This document shows positions 37,760 to 46,945 of a stretch of DNA of 64,000 nucleotides, in pieces. The notes under the pieces are model-generated. The model was not told the DNA's origin. It did no database searches and worked only from the letters and a program-made list of their open reading frames with translations. Within the stretch, counting starts at the first letter, position 1. The number at the start of each line of letters is the position of its first letter. A program made the translations under genes and the position numbers. The DNA comes from Bacillota bacterium. Its GTDB lineage: Bacteria > Bacillota > Sulfobacillia > Sulfobacillales > JAIMBI01. The stretch covers positions 83,810-147,809 of the forward strand of contig JAJZWS010000001.1 of assembly GCA_021846565.1 (NCBI GenBank). Direction: 5' to 3'.

Positions 37760-38191
37760 GTGACCAGCACGGTGGTGCAGAAACTGTTGAACTTCGTGGG
37801 GATTGAAGAGATCGACGAATACGCCGACGCCAAGGAGCCCGATTGGGAACCCGAAGTGCCGAAGAAGGCCAAGAAGCCGCCGGTGGTAAGTCTGGCGGGC
37901 GGCGCCCGCGGCAACGGTGTGCGCGTGGTGGTCATGCACCCGAAGTCGCTGGAGGATGGGCAAACCATCGCCGACCAAGTGAAGGGGCGGCGGCCGGTGA
38001 TCGTGAACCTGGACCTGGCCGATGAGCGGGCCGGTCAGCGCCTGCTGAACTTCCTGTCCGGGGTGGTGTACGCGCTCGACGGGAGCTTGCGCAAGGTGGG
38101 AGATGGCATCTTCCTGGCGACGCCCAGCAATGTCGAAGTGGCGGGCGACGACCAGGATGACGGCAACTGGGTGCGTGCCTTCGGCAAGTAG
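37760..38191 (+). CDS. sepF: cell division protein SepF
   Basis: The C-terminal core reads VVVMHPKSLEDGQTIADQVKGRRPVIVNLDLADERAGQRLLNFLSGVVYALDGSLRKVGDGIFL. Confidence 0.85.
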   Translation: MTSTVVQKLLNFVGIEEIDEYADAKEPDWEPEVPKKAKKPPVVSLAGGARGNGVRVVVMHPKSLEDGQTIADQVKGRRPVIVNLDLADERAGQRLLNFLSGVVYALDGSLRKVGDGIFLATPSNVEVAGDDQDDGNWVRAFGK

Positions 38192-38203
38192 GGGGCGCGT
38201 GGG

Positions 38204-38494
38204 TTGGTGGTGCTGGTCAATCTGGCGTTCTCGTTGAAGTGGCTCCTCCGGTTCGTGTACGTGGTGCTGTTGGTTCGGGTGATCGGGTCGTTTGTACCGC
38301 CGCGCCGACCGGGGTGGTGGGCCGAGGTGTCGGGGTTCGTCTCGGATCTGACCGACCCGATCCTGCGCCCGGTGCGTCGGTTTCTGCCGCTGTGGGGAGG
38401 CATGGACTTCTCCCCCGTGGTGGCGTTGCTGTTGGCGGATATTTTGGGGGGGCTGGTGGGAGACCTGCTGGTATGGGCCGCGCAGCACGTCTGA
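38204..38494 (+). CDS. yggT: YggT family membrane protein
   Basis: LLVRVIGSFVP......W......SDLTDPILRPVRRFLP..GG.DFSP is the YggT pattern. TTG start. Confidence 0.8.
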   Translation: MVVLVNLAFSLKWLLRFVYVVLLVRVIGSFVPPRRPGWWAEVSGFVSDLTDPILRPVRRFLPLWGGMDFSPVVALLLADILGGLVGDLLVWAAQHV

Positions 38495-38538
38495 GATCAG
38501 CCTGCCTGTCATCGACGATCATCGAAGGAGGCCGTGTG

Positions 38539-38997
38539 ATGCCCCTGACCCCGGTCGATATTTACAACAAAGAGTTCAAGCGTGGTTTCCGGGGATATCA
38601 GGAAGACGAGGTTAATGAGTTTCTCGACCATGTGGTGCGGGATTTCGAGGCGGCGCTGAAAGAGAATGAAGATCTGCGCCAGCAGCTGTCGGGGATCGGG
38701 GAGCGCATCGAGCAATACCGCAAGCTGGAAGAGACACTCAAAACCACGCTGGTGGTCGCGCAGCAGGCTGCGGACGACGTGCGGGCGGCGGCGGAGCGCG
38801 ACGCGGAGTCGGTGTTGCGCGACGCCAACACGCGGGCGGCGGAGATTGTCGGCCAGGCGGAGCGGCAGTTGCACGACTACCAGGAGCAGCTCCTGGGTAT
38901 GCGGCGCGACTGGGACACGTTTCGGGCCCGCATGCGCGGCATGCTCCAGGGCCAGTTGTCGTTGCTGGACGAGGCGCATCCCGGCGAGGTGGACTAG
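38539..38997 (+). CDS. divIVA: septum-site determining protein DivIVA
   Basis: ATG follows GAAGGAGG. MPLTPVDIYNKEFKRGFRGYQEDEVNEFLD is followed by a coiled coil. The track start 38239 was rejected. Confidence 0.85.
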   Translation: MPLTPVDIYNKEFKRGFRGYQEDEVNEFLDHVVRDFEAALKENEDLRQQLSGIGERIEQYRKLEETLKTTLVVAQQAADDVRAAAERDAESVLRDANTRAAEIVGQAERQLHDYQEQLLGMRRDWDTFRARMRGMLQGQLSLLDEAHPGEVD

Positions 38998-39113
38998 CGG
39001 CCGGATGGCGGGGCGGGACAGTGTCCGCCCTGAGGTCATGCTACGGGCATGAGGACAGTGAACCACGTCCACTGGGCCGTACCGGTGGTGGGCCGGCGGA
39101 CGCCCAGCGATCC

Positions 39114-39659
39114 ATGGTCACGGCGGTCGAGTTGTGGTGGGGCCTCTCGGCGCTGTCGGTGGCGTTTGTCGTCATCGACTGGTCCCATGCCCGCCTTGAC
39201 CGTGCGATGTACCTGGGCTTCATCCTGATCACGGCCTTCATGGGGCCGTTGGCCTTGGTGCTGTATCTGCTGGTGGCGCGCGAGCCTCTGCCGGGCACGC
39301 ATCGCCGCTACATCGCCGCCCAGTGGAAGCAGACCGTCGGCTCCACCTTTCACTGCGTTGCGGGCGACAGCGTGGGCATCGTGGGCGCGGCCGTCCTGAC
39401 CCGGCTCGTGCAGGTGCCGCCGGTGTGGGAATTGGCCATCGAATATGCGGCGGGGTTCCTGGTGGGGTGGCTGGTGGCCCACCGCCTGAAGCCCGGGTTG
39501 ATGAGCACCGCGCCCGAGGGACGACACGGCGCGACCTACGAGCCATGGCCTGCTCACACCCACCAGGACGGGGACGTGACCCGGCCGGGGCGACTGGTGG
39601 TGTCTCTCGTGAGCGTGCTGCCGCTCTTGGGCGTCCTCGCGTGGGCGGCATTCGGCTGA
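39114..39659 (+). CDS. DUF4396-like membrane protein
   Basis: A TM-rich protein containing GSTFHCVAGDSVG, close to the HC.xGC..GE core I associate with DUF4396. The start (39021 or 39114) is uncertain. Confidence 0.5.
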   Translation: MVTAVELWWGLSALSVAFVVIDWSHARLDRAMYLGFILITAFMGPLALVLYLLVAREPLPGTHRRYIAAQWKQTVGSTFHCVAGDSVGIVGAAVLTRLVQVPPVWELAIEYAAGFLVGWLVAHRLKPGLMSTAPEGRHGATYEPWPAHTHQDGDVTRPGRLVVSLVSVLPLLGVLAWAAFG

Positions 39660-39665
39660 CGCCCC

Positions 39666-39694
39666 TTGCACCGAGGATCCCGTCCCGGTATCAT
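39666..39694 (+). promoter_or_regulatory. sigma-A type promoter of the ileS leader
   Basis: TTGCAC (39666-39671), a 17-nt spacer, then TATCAT (39689-39694). Confidence 0.45.
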
Positions 39695-39700
39695 GGGGTC

Positions 39701-39925
39701 AGCATAGACGCGAAGACGATGATCGGGACGGAAACTGCGCGAAGTCCAAGAGAGCCGGCGGGAGGTGCAAGCCGGTGGCAGACGCAGCGGACATCACCCG
39801 GGAGTGCTGGGGCGAACGAAGTAGCCGGGCCGGTTGACCCCGTTAGCGGTCGTACGAGCGCCGGCGTGCCGGCGGATCGAGGGTGGTAGCGCGACCATGT
39901 CGCCCCTTGGGGGGGCGATTTTTTA
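39701..39925 (+). promoter_or_regulatory. T-box riboswitch, Ile specifier (AUC)
   Basis: Stem I carries AGAGA (39748-39752) and GGUGCAA. The specifier loop reads ACAUCA with AUC at 39793-39795. The T-box sequence GAGGGTGGTAGCGCG lies at 39879-39893. The terminator is CGCCCC-TTGG-GGGGGCG plus TTTTTT (39901-39924). Confidence 0.8.
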
Positions 39926-39961
39926 TGGGGCTCAGGAGCCACGAGGACAGGGGGCAACAGG

Positions 39962-42715
39962 ATGAGCGGGAGCCGGAGCACCGGGTCGGGATCAGAATGG
40001 CGGGAGACGTTGAATCTGCCCGCTACGAGCTTTCCCATGCGCGGCAACCTGGCCGTCGAGGAGCCCCAGCGGCTCGCACGGTGGCAGGCGGAGGCCGCAG
40101 AACGCGTGTTGGCCGAACGGCGCGCGGGACAGCCGCGCTACGTGTTGCACGACGGTCCGCCCTACGCCAACGGGGATGTCCACATGGGAACCCTGTTGAA
40201 CAAAGTCTTAAAGGACATCATCAACCGCCGCGAGGTGTTGAACGGCAAGGACGTGCGCTACGTGCCCGGATGGGACACGCACGGCCTCCCGATTGAGATG
40301 CAGGCGTTAAAGGAGCTGGGCGTGGGCCAGCGCGAGATCGATCCGGTCGAGTTGCGCCGCACATCGGCCCGGACCGCTCGGCACTATCTGGGCGAGATGA
40401 CCCGCCAGTTTCAGCGGCTAGGCATCATGGGAGAGTGGGACCACCCGTATACGACGCTCGACCCTGCGTTTGAGGCCGCGGAGCTGCGCTTGTTTGCGGA
40501 TATCGTGGCGCAGGGGCTGGTTTACAAAGATTTAAAAGCCGTGCACTGGTGCCCGCACTGCGAAACGGCACTGGCGGAGGCGGAGCTGGAGTACCGCGAA
40601 AAAACCTCGCGCGGAATTTGGGTGGCCGTTCCTGTACGGAGCGCCGACCGGGGACCGTTGCCCGAGGGGACGCGGGTGGTCATCTGGACCACCACGCCGT
40701 GGACCCTCCCGGCCAATGTGGCCATTGCGTACCATCCCGATTTTTCTTATCAAGTGCTGAAGACGCCTCTGGGGCTGCTGCTGGTGGCCAGCGCTTTGGT
40801 GGAAACGTTTCTCAGCGATCTGGAACTCAGCGGGGGCACCCCCATGCTGGAGGTGGATGGGCGCGCGCTCTCGGGCGTGGTGGCCACCCATCCGTATCTA
40901 GGGCACCGCGTGCCGCTGGTGCCGGCGGAGCATGTCACCGCGGACCAGGGCACTGGGTTGGTGCACACCGCGCCCGGGCACGGCATTGAGGACTTTGACC
41001 TTGGCCGCGCGTGCTCCCTGCCCATCGTGCAGCCGCTGGACGACGGCGGTCGATTTGTGGAGGGAACGCCCAAGGTGGCGGGTCTCGGTTACCAGGAGGC
41101 GGAGCCGGTCATTCTGGCGGCGCTGCAGGAGGCGGGCGCGCTGCTGTTCGAACGCCCGCTGGTACACCAGTACCCGCACTGCTGGCGTTGCAAGCACCCC
41201 GTGATTTTTCGGGCGACGTCCCAGTGGTTTTTCCGCCTGGACCCCGTGCGCGAGAAGCTGCTGGCGGCCATCTCTCAGGTGGCGTGGACGCCTGCCTGGG
41301 CCCAGGAGCGCATGCGCCTCATGGTGGTGGACCGCCGGGACTGGTGCTTGTCGCGCCAGCGCGCCTGGGGACTTCCGATTCCCGCCTTCACGTGCCAGGA
41401 CTGCGGCAGGGCGGTAATGACGGCGGACAGCGTGCGGCACGTGGCGGCGCTGGTCGCGGCGCACGGGTCCAACATCTGGTGGGAATGGGAGGTGGAACGG
41501 CTCCTGCCAGACCCGCCGCTCCGTTGTGCGTGTGGGGGGACCCGGCTGGAGCGCGAGTGGAACGTGTTTGATGTGTGGTTTGACTCGGGCGCCACGCAGG
41601 CAGCGGTGCTGGCGGAGCGGTCCGAACTCACCTGGCCCGCCGATCTGGTTCTGGAGGGTGGGGATCAGTTTCGGGGCTGGTTCAATTCACTGCTCACGGA
41701 GGGCGTGGCCTGGCGAGGGGCAGCGCCCTACCGGGGTGTCCTGACGCACGGGTGGGTGCTGGATGGTGCGGGGCGTCCCATGCATAAGTCGCTGGGCAAC
41801 GTGGTGGATCCGTCCAAGCTGGTGGACCGCTACGGCGCCGACGTCATGCGGCTCTGGGTGGCGGCGGGCGACTTTCGCGGCGACGTGCGCGTGTCGGACG
41901 ACCAGCTCGCGCGCGTGGCCGACACGTACCGCAAGCTTCGCAACACGGCGCGCTTTCTGGTAGGCAACTTGGCCCACTTCGATCCCACCCAGGCGGTGGC
42001 TACGGCGGACCTGCCGCCCCTGGAGCAGTGGGCCATGGCGGAGCTGGCGGATAGCCTCGAGAAAATGCGCGCGGCTTACGAGACGTACGAATTCCATGCG
42101 GTGGTGCAGGAGCTCACCCGCCTGTGCGTCGTGAGCCTGTCCACCTTTTATCTGGACGTCGTGAAAGATCCCCTATACACCCTGGCGGTCGGAGACCCCG
42201 CGCGCCGTGCGGTGGAAACTGTGCTGTGGCATGTCCTGGACGTGCTGCAAGCGGTCCTGATGCCGATCTGTCCGTTCACGGCCGATGAGATCCGGGAGCA
42301 CCGTGGCTCACCCGGGGTCCCGTGGGATATGTTATGGCCAGTGTTGCCGGAAGGCGCGAGCACTCTGCCCGGGGCCGCGCGCGTCCGGGCCCTGTTGCCC
42401 GCCCGCGAGGCCGGCCTGTTGGCGCTGGAGCACGCACGCCAGGCCGGACTTATTGGGAGTGCGGGCGGGGCCGACCTGACAGTCTGGGTGCCCGAGGGGG
42501 TGGACGTGCTGAGTGTGTCTCATGACGCGGAGCTGTTGCAGATCATGCTGATGACCGCCACCGTGACGGTGGCGCCAGGCACCGATGCTGACTGGCGCGC
42601 CCGGGCCACCGCCTCGCCGTGGCCGAAGTGCCCTCGGTGTTGGCGGCAGGTGCCGGCCCTGTCCGAGGGTGTGTGTCCGCGGTGCCACCACGTGCTCATG
42701 GCGGCGTACCAATGA
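39962..42715 (+). CDS. ileS: isoleucine--tRNA ligase
   Basis: TLNLP.T.FPMRG.L, PPYANG..HMG (HIGH), KMSKS-like HKSLGN and a C-terminal zinc-finger CPRC...CPRC are present. 917 aa. Confidence 0.95.
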   Translation: MSGSRSTGSGSEWRETLNLPATSFPMRGNLAVEEPQRLARWQAEAAERVLAERRAGQPRYVLHDGPPYANGDVHMGTLLNKVLKDIINRREVLNGKDVRYVPGWDTHGLPIEMQALKELGVGQREIDPVELRRTSARTARHYLGEMTRQFQRLGIMGEWDHPYTTLDPAFEAAELRLFADIVAQGLVYKDLKAVHWCPHCETALAEAELEYREKTSRGIWVAVPVRSADRGPLPEGTRVVIWTTTPWTLPANVAIAYHPDFSYQVLKTPLGLLLVASALVETFLSDLELSGGTPMLEVDGRALSGVVATHPYLGHRVPLVPAEHVTADQGTGLVHTAPGHGIEDFDLGRACSLPIVQPLDDGGRFVEGTPKVAGLGYQEAEPVILAALQEAGALLFERPLVHQYPHCWRCKHPVIFRATSQWFFRLDPVREKLLAAISQVAWTPAWAQERMRLMVVDRRDWCLSRQRAWGLPIPAFTCQDCGRAVMTADSVRHVAALVAAHGSNIWWEWEVERLLPDPPLRCACGGTRLEREWNVFDVWFDSGATQAAVLAERSELTWPADLVLEGGDQFRGWFNSLLTEGVAWRGAAPYRGVLTHGWVLDGAGRPMHKSLGNVVDPSKLVDRYGADVMRLWVAAGDFRGDVRVSDDQLARVADTYRKLRNTARFLVGNLAHFDPTQAVATADLPPLEQWAMAELADSLEKMRAAYETYEFHAVVQELTRLCVVSLSTFYLDVVKDPLYTLAVGDPARRAVETVLWHVLDVLQAVLMPICPFTADEIREHRGSPGVPWDMLWPVLPEGASTLPGAARVRALLPAREAGLLALEHARQAGLIGSAGGADLTVWVPEGVDVLSVSHDAELLQIMLMTATVTVAPGTDADWRARATASPWPKCPRCWRQVPALSEGVCPRCHHVLMAAYQ

Positions 42716-43176
42716 AGGGCGGTCGGTTGGTTGGGCCCCTGCTGCTGGCGGTGGCGGTGTTTGCCGCCGATCGCTGGGTGCAGGGGTTGGTGCTGGCGCG
42801 GCTCACGCCCGACGTCCCGGTGTCCGTCCTGCCAGGCGTCAACCTTACGCTCACCGAAAACACCGGCGCGGCCTTCGGACTGTTTCAGGGTGGCAGCGCC
42901 TGGCTGGCGGTGGTGGGCGTGCTAGTGGTGGCGGGCGGTCTGGGCTGGCTGGTGCGTCATCCGGAGGCCCGCGGCGCCGTGGCCTGGGGATTGGGCCTGT
43001 TGCTGGGAGGCGCGGTGGGGAACCTGTGGGACCGATGGGTCAACGGGCGGGTGGTGGACTATGTGGCCATCGGGCCGTGGCCCGTGTTCAATCTAGCCGA
43101 CAGCGCGATTGTCTTGGGTATGGTGCTGCTGGCGGTCGAAGCCTGGCGACACGACCGCGCCCGCGCCACCTCGTGA
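42712..43176 (+). CDS. lspA: lipoprotein signal peptidase II
   Basis: Its ATGA overlaps the ileS stop. NTGAAFG, GGAVGNL.DR...G.VVDY and FN.AD motifs are present. Confidence 0.9.
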   Translation: MKGGRLVGPLLLAVAVFAADRWVQGLVLARLTPDVPVSVLPGVNLTLTENTGAAFGLFQGGSAWLAVVGVLVVAGGLGWLVRHPEARGAVAWGLGLLLGGAVGNLWDRWVNGRVVDYVAIGPWPVFNLADSAIVLGMVLLAVEAWRHDRARATS

Positions 43177-44144
43177 TGGGCCTCACGGTGACGGTGGGTC
43201 TGGACGATGCCGGCGCACGGCTCGATCGGCTCGTGAGCGCCACCTGGCCCGCCTGGTCGCGCACCCGCTGGCAGGCGGCCATTGCCGCCGGCCACGTGCG
43301 GGTCAACGGCCGCCCCGTGCGGCGGGCCGGGTACGCGCTGACCGCCGGCGATGTCGTGCACGCTGCCGCGCCGGCGGAGCCCCCCTCGCTGGTGTTGCTT
43401 CAGCACGAGCCGCTGGACGTCGCGATTCCCATTCGGTACCGCGACGACGTGCTGGTGGTGGTGTGCAAGCCTGCGGGAGTGGTGGTGCACCCAGGAGCGG
43501 GTCATCCCCATGGCACCCTGGTGCAGGCGCTGTGGCCCGACGTGGCGGCGGCCGGGGGTGAGCCGGGTCGTGCGGGCGTCGTCCACCGTCTGGACCGGGA
43601 TACGGCCGGACTGATGATGCTGGCCCGCAGCCAGATGGCACGGGCCGCCCTGAGTGATGCCTTGACCCGGCGCACGGTGCACCGTCGGTACTGGGCGCTC
43701 GTGGACGGGCATCTGGACCCGCCGACAGGGCGGATTGAGGCGCCGATTGGGCGTGATCCCCGCCACCGAACGCGTATGGCGGTCACCGTAGGCGGGCGGC
43801 CAGCCGCCACCCGCTACGAGACGGCGGCGCGCTGGGCCCGCCACAGCTGGGTGGCGCTGGAGTTGGAGACCGGCCGGACGCACCAGGTGCGGGTGCACCT
43901 GGCCGCCGTGGGACACCCGGTGGTGGGCGATCCGGTGTATGGAACGGGTCCCGCGCTGGGCCAGACGCATCAGGCGCTGTTTGCCTACGCGCTGTCCTTT
44001 GAGCATCCCACGCGGCGCGGACGCCATCTTACGCTGATGGAGCCCTGGCCCGAGCGGTGGGAGGACGCCTTGGCGCAGCTAGGAGAGCCGGAGCAGGGCG
44101 CGATTCCCCCACGACACACCTTGACGCCCATCTCGTCCATCTGA
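43176..44144 (+). CDS. rluD: RluA-family 23S rRNA pseudouridine synthase (RluD-like)
   Basis: An S4-like N-terminus (RLDR......SR......I..G.V.VNG) is present. The catalytic motif is HRLDRDTAGLM, and the C-terminus carries HQVRVHL. The ATG overlaps the lspA stop. Confidence 0.9.
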   Translation: MGLTVTVGLDDAGARLDRLVSATWPAWSRTRWQAAIAAGHVRVNGRPVRRAGYALTAGDVVHAAAPAEPPSLVLLQHEPLDVAIPIRYRDDVLVVVCKPAGVVVHPGAGHPHGTLVQALWPDVAAAGGEPGRAGVVHRLDRDTAGLMMLARSQMARAALSDALTRRTVHRRYWALVDGHLDPPTGRIEAPIGRDPRHRTRMAVTVGGRPAATRYETAARWARHSWVALELETGRTHQVRVHLAAVGHPVVGDPVYGTGPALGQTHQALFAYALSFEHPTRRGRHLTLMEPWPERWEDALAQLGEPEQGAIPPRHTLTPISSI

Positions 44145-44219
44145 ACCCCCGGATTTGCTGCGCACGCATTTGCGCTGGCCCCGCGTGGCGCGCACACTAA
44201 CTAACCAGGAGTCATCGCC

Positions 44220-44588
44220 GTGAAACCTGCCAACGATTTGTTCTGGGGGAGGTGCGCGGTGCCGGCACCGGATGTGAGTCGGGCCCTCCGCCGATGGCTG
44301 GTGTGTCAAGGGTCGGTGTGCCAGGCGGCCGGGGGCGTGGAGGCCCGGCTGGTTTGGCAGCGCCGGGCTCGTTCGGCAAACCTGGGCACCGTGGCGATGC
44401 CCACGGCCTGTCTGGCCATGTGCCGGGCGGCGCCCGTGGCTGTGCTGTATCCCGACGGCGCGTGGTTTGGCCGGGCCCGTGCCCGACGGGTCGGGTTGAT
44501 TTGGGCGGCGGTGGAGTCAGGAACCTCTCGCGACGCCCCGGGGTTTCTGTACCGCCCGCCGGACCCGGAGGCTCCCGATGGCGGTTAG
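44220..44588 (+). CDS. thioredoxin-like [2Fe-2S] ferredoxin domain protein
   Basis: VCQGSVC (C-x4-C) and ACLAMCRAAPVAVLYPDGAWFG (C-x3-C followed by P.v.v.P.G.WY) match the pattern of this family. GTG follows AGGAG. Confidence 0.5.
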   Translation: MKPANDLFWGRCAVPAPDVSRALRRWLVCQGSVCQAAGGVEARLVWQRRARSANLGTVAMPTACLAMCRAAPVAVLYPDGAWFGRARARRVGLIWAAVESGTSRDAPGFLYRPPDPEAPDGG

Positions 44589-45129
44589 GCTGAAGCTGGG
44601 GCGCCTCGTATCGGTGCTCACGGCGCTGGGGGTGGGGGGAGTTCTGGGGTACGCCCTGCATGGGAACCCCACCGGGCCGGTGCCGGCGCCCGGTGGGGAC
44701 ATCGGCAGCACGGTGCTCCAGGACGAGGCCACGATGGCACTGGATTTTCGATCGATTGCGGACGGGACGGCGGGGACCAGTCGTGATGCGCTCTGGCTGC
44801 AGGCATCCACGCTGGCCGACACGCTGTCGCATGCGGGGCTTGACCGGTACATTTGGCAGGGCAACCGATCTACGCCGGTGCCCCAGCTGTCGGCGGGGCT
44901 GACCGCCCTCGACACCGCCGACCTGGAGCTGGCCCTGGCCACCCAGGGCCCCGCGCCCAGCGGGTCCGCCGGCCGCGCCTGGTCGGCGTACGTGGCGCAC
45001 GTGTTTCAGAGCGACGTCCTGCCCGTGGAGCGGGCGGCCGCTGGCCACTCCCTCTCCCCTGCGGGCGCCGCGCGCTTTGACCGCGTGATGGAAGCGTTCG
45101 CCACCTGGGTCGGCAACCACCAGCCGTGA
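44578..45129 (+). CDS. hypothetical membrane-anchored protein
   Basis: 183-aa ORF with one N-terminal TM helix (LVSVLTALGVGGVLGYAL). No motif. Confidence 0.4.
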   Translation: MAVRLKLGRLVSVLTALGVGGVLGYALHGNPTGPVPAPGGDIGSTVLQDEATMALDFRSIADGTAGTSRDALWLQASTLADTLSHAGLDRYIWQGNRSTPVPQLSAGLTALDTADLELALATQGPAPSGSAGRAWSAYVAHVFQSDVLPVERAAAGHSLSPAGAARFDRVMEAFATWVGNHQP

Positions 45130-45688
45130 CGCGGCAAAGTTGTTCCGAGGAACTTGGGTGCCGCCGCGTCGTCGTTGGTCACTATAGGGGGGTGGTGGCC
45201 GGGTACCAACGTAACGGGGCGCCGAGTGCGAGCGTGTCAGGGTGGACGGAACGGCACGGGGACACGGGGCGTTGCGGCGGTGTCCTCGGAGATCCCTGAG
45301 GAGGGCAACGACCGGCTCGTTTCCAGCTGAGCGGCCGCCGTCGCCGGGGAGGTAGGGGCGCCTGCACCGGCACGGCCGCCTCCAGCGAGCGACATCGGTT
45401 AGGAACAGCTCGGACAGCCAAGGGGAGACGGCCGCGGCCGGCCATGCGAGCTGTGGCCGCACGGTGTTCTCGTGACCGTTGGGCCTGCGGCCACCTGTTG
45501 GACTCATGCCGCATTTCGGGCTCGCGCCCGCTGACAGCCATGTCGCACGAGGCGTTCCCCCGCAGCGCATCTTGGCGAAATGCCTCCAGTCCCGTAACCC
45601 CTCCCGGCAACCGCGCTTGGCGTGGTGGCGTTTAGCATAGTACAGGGTTCTCCAGCGGAGGCGCCGCCGGGAAAGGTGTGGACGACGC

Positions 45689-46945
45689 GTGAGATTGGCG
45701 ACTCGGCTGGCGCGAGGGGGCATCAGTGCGGGACTCCTCTTGTTGGCCGGATGCGGGTGGACGCCTGCCACCCACCCCAGCGCTTCACCGGCCCCCACCC
45801 AGAGGGCTTCCCATGCGCCTCGCCCGTCGCCCAGTAGCCCGACGTCCGGCAATACCATCGTCACCGAAGCGCTCGCGGTGGTGGCGCAGTCGGCCAACCT
45901 GCCGCTCCGTGGGCCCGAAGGCATACCGGGCCATCCGCTTACGGCGAAAACCTGGCTGACCGCCGAGACCACGGCGACCTCCTCCCACTACGCGGTGGCG
46001 CTGGTGTGGGCCCCCGCGCCCAGCACGGTGGACACGCATGGGGGACCGCTCACGCCCGACGGGAGCTTTGGGGGCCGCCAGTTCGCGACGGCCACGGCGG
46101 CTCGCGCGGCCCTGGCCACCACGAATGCCTCCGTCGCGACGGGGGGCACCGGCGTTCCAGCGGCCCACCCCGTCGGGGTATCCCAGCAAGTCACCGTGTT
46201 CCCTGGCGTGACGGCACGCGCGTGGCATCTCACGGAGCCGGGCCAGACCGTGCTGCTGTGGCGGCAGAGGGGTTGGCAGTGGGAGCTCACCGGCACGGCG
46301 ACCGTGGCCGAGGCCCGTCGGCTCGCCAGCTGGGTCGCGTCCCGCCGACTGCCCGCGCCCCAAGGCTTGTTCACCGAAGCCGTGGCCCGGACCGGGATGA
46401 CGGTCGTCCTGGACTGGACCCAAGGTCGCGCTGTGTACTGGACGCGGGGCGCGGGACCGCCGCCGGCGCTCACGATGGCCGATGCCATGGTGCCATATGG
46501 CCAGGTGTCCGCCACCCTCCTCGGCCCCGCCGGACGGATTCTGCCCCCAGACCGCGCCATCGCGCAACAGGAGACAGGGAATCGCATCAGTCCGTGGGTC
46601 GATCTCACCTCGCCCCAACAGAATCAGGGGGTCCGACCTGGCCAAGTGATCGAGATCACGGGCCACGTGTTGACGCACAGCCAGTTTATCGACTTTGCCG
46701 ATGCTCAAATGCGGGGGATCGGGGTCAGCCTCCTGGCAGGTGACACGAAACCTTCGCTTCAGATTGCCGCTGTCGAGCGAGGAATCACGGTGAGTGCCTC
46801 GGGGGCCTTCGCGGGCGCGCTGCGGATCCCGTATGAACTCCCCGCCCTGTATGGCCCGCGCCTGACACTGGTGCTTCAGTATACAAGTCACATGGCGCCG
46901 GTGACCCAGATTCTCTTGAACCCCCAACGGTGCGCCGGACACTGA
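45689..46945 (+). CDS. hypothetical lipoprotein
   Basis: The signal peptide ends in the lipobox LLLAGC (…GISAGLLLLAGCGW). 418 aa, with no recognisable domain. Confidence 0.55.
   Translation: MRLATRLARGGISAGLLLLAGCGWTPATHPSASPAPTQRASHAPRPSPSSPTSGNTIVTEALAVVAQSANLPLRGPEGIPGHPLTAKTWLTAETTATSSHYAVALVWAPAPSTVDTHGGPLTPDGSFGGRQFATATAARAALATTNASVATGGTGVPAAHPVGVSQQVTVFPGVTARAWHLTEPGQTVLLWRQRGWQWELTGTATVAEARRLASWVASRRLPAPQGLFTEAVARTGMTVVLDWTQGRAVYWTRGAGPPPALTMADAMVPYGQVSATLLGPAGRILPPDRAIAQQETGNRISPWVDLTSPQQNQGVRPGQVIEITGHVLTHSQFIDFADAQMRGIGVSLLAGDTKPSLQIAAVERGITVSASGAFAGALRIPYELPALYGPRLTLVLQYTSHMAPVTQILLNPQRCAGH

Noticed and set aside
45395-45430. SRP-RNA-like CAGCCAAGG string
   Set aside because: The flanking GGUCAGGUCCGGAAGGAAGCAGC helix-8 consensus is absent, so this is a chance match.
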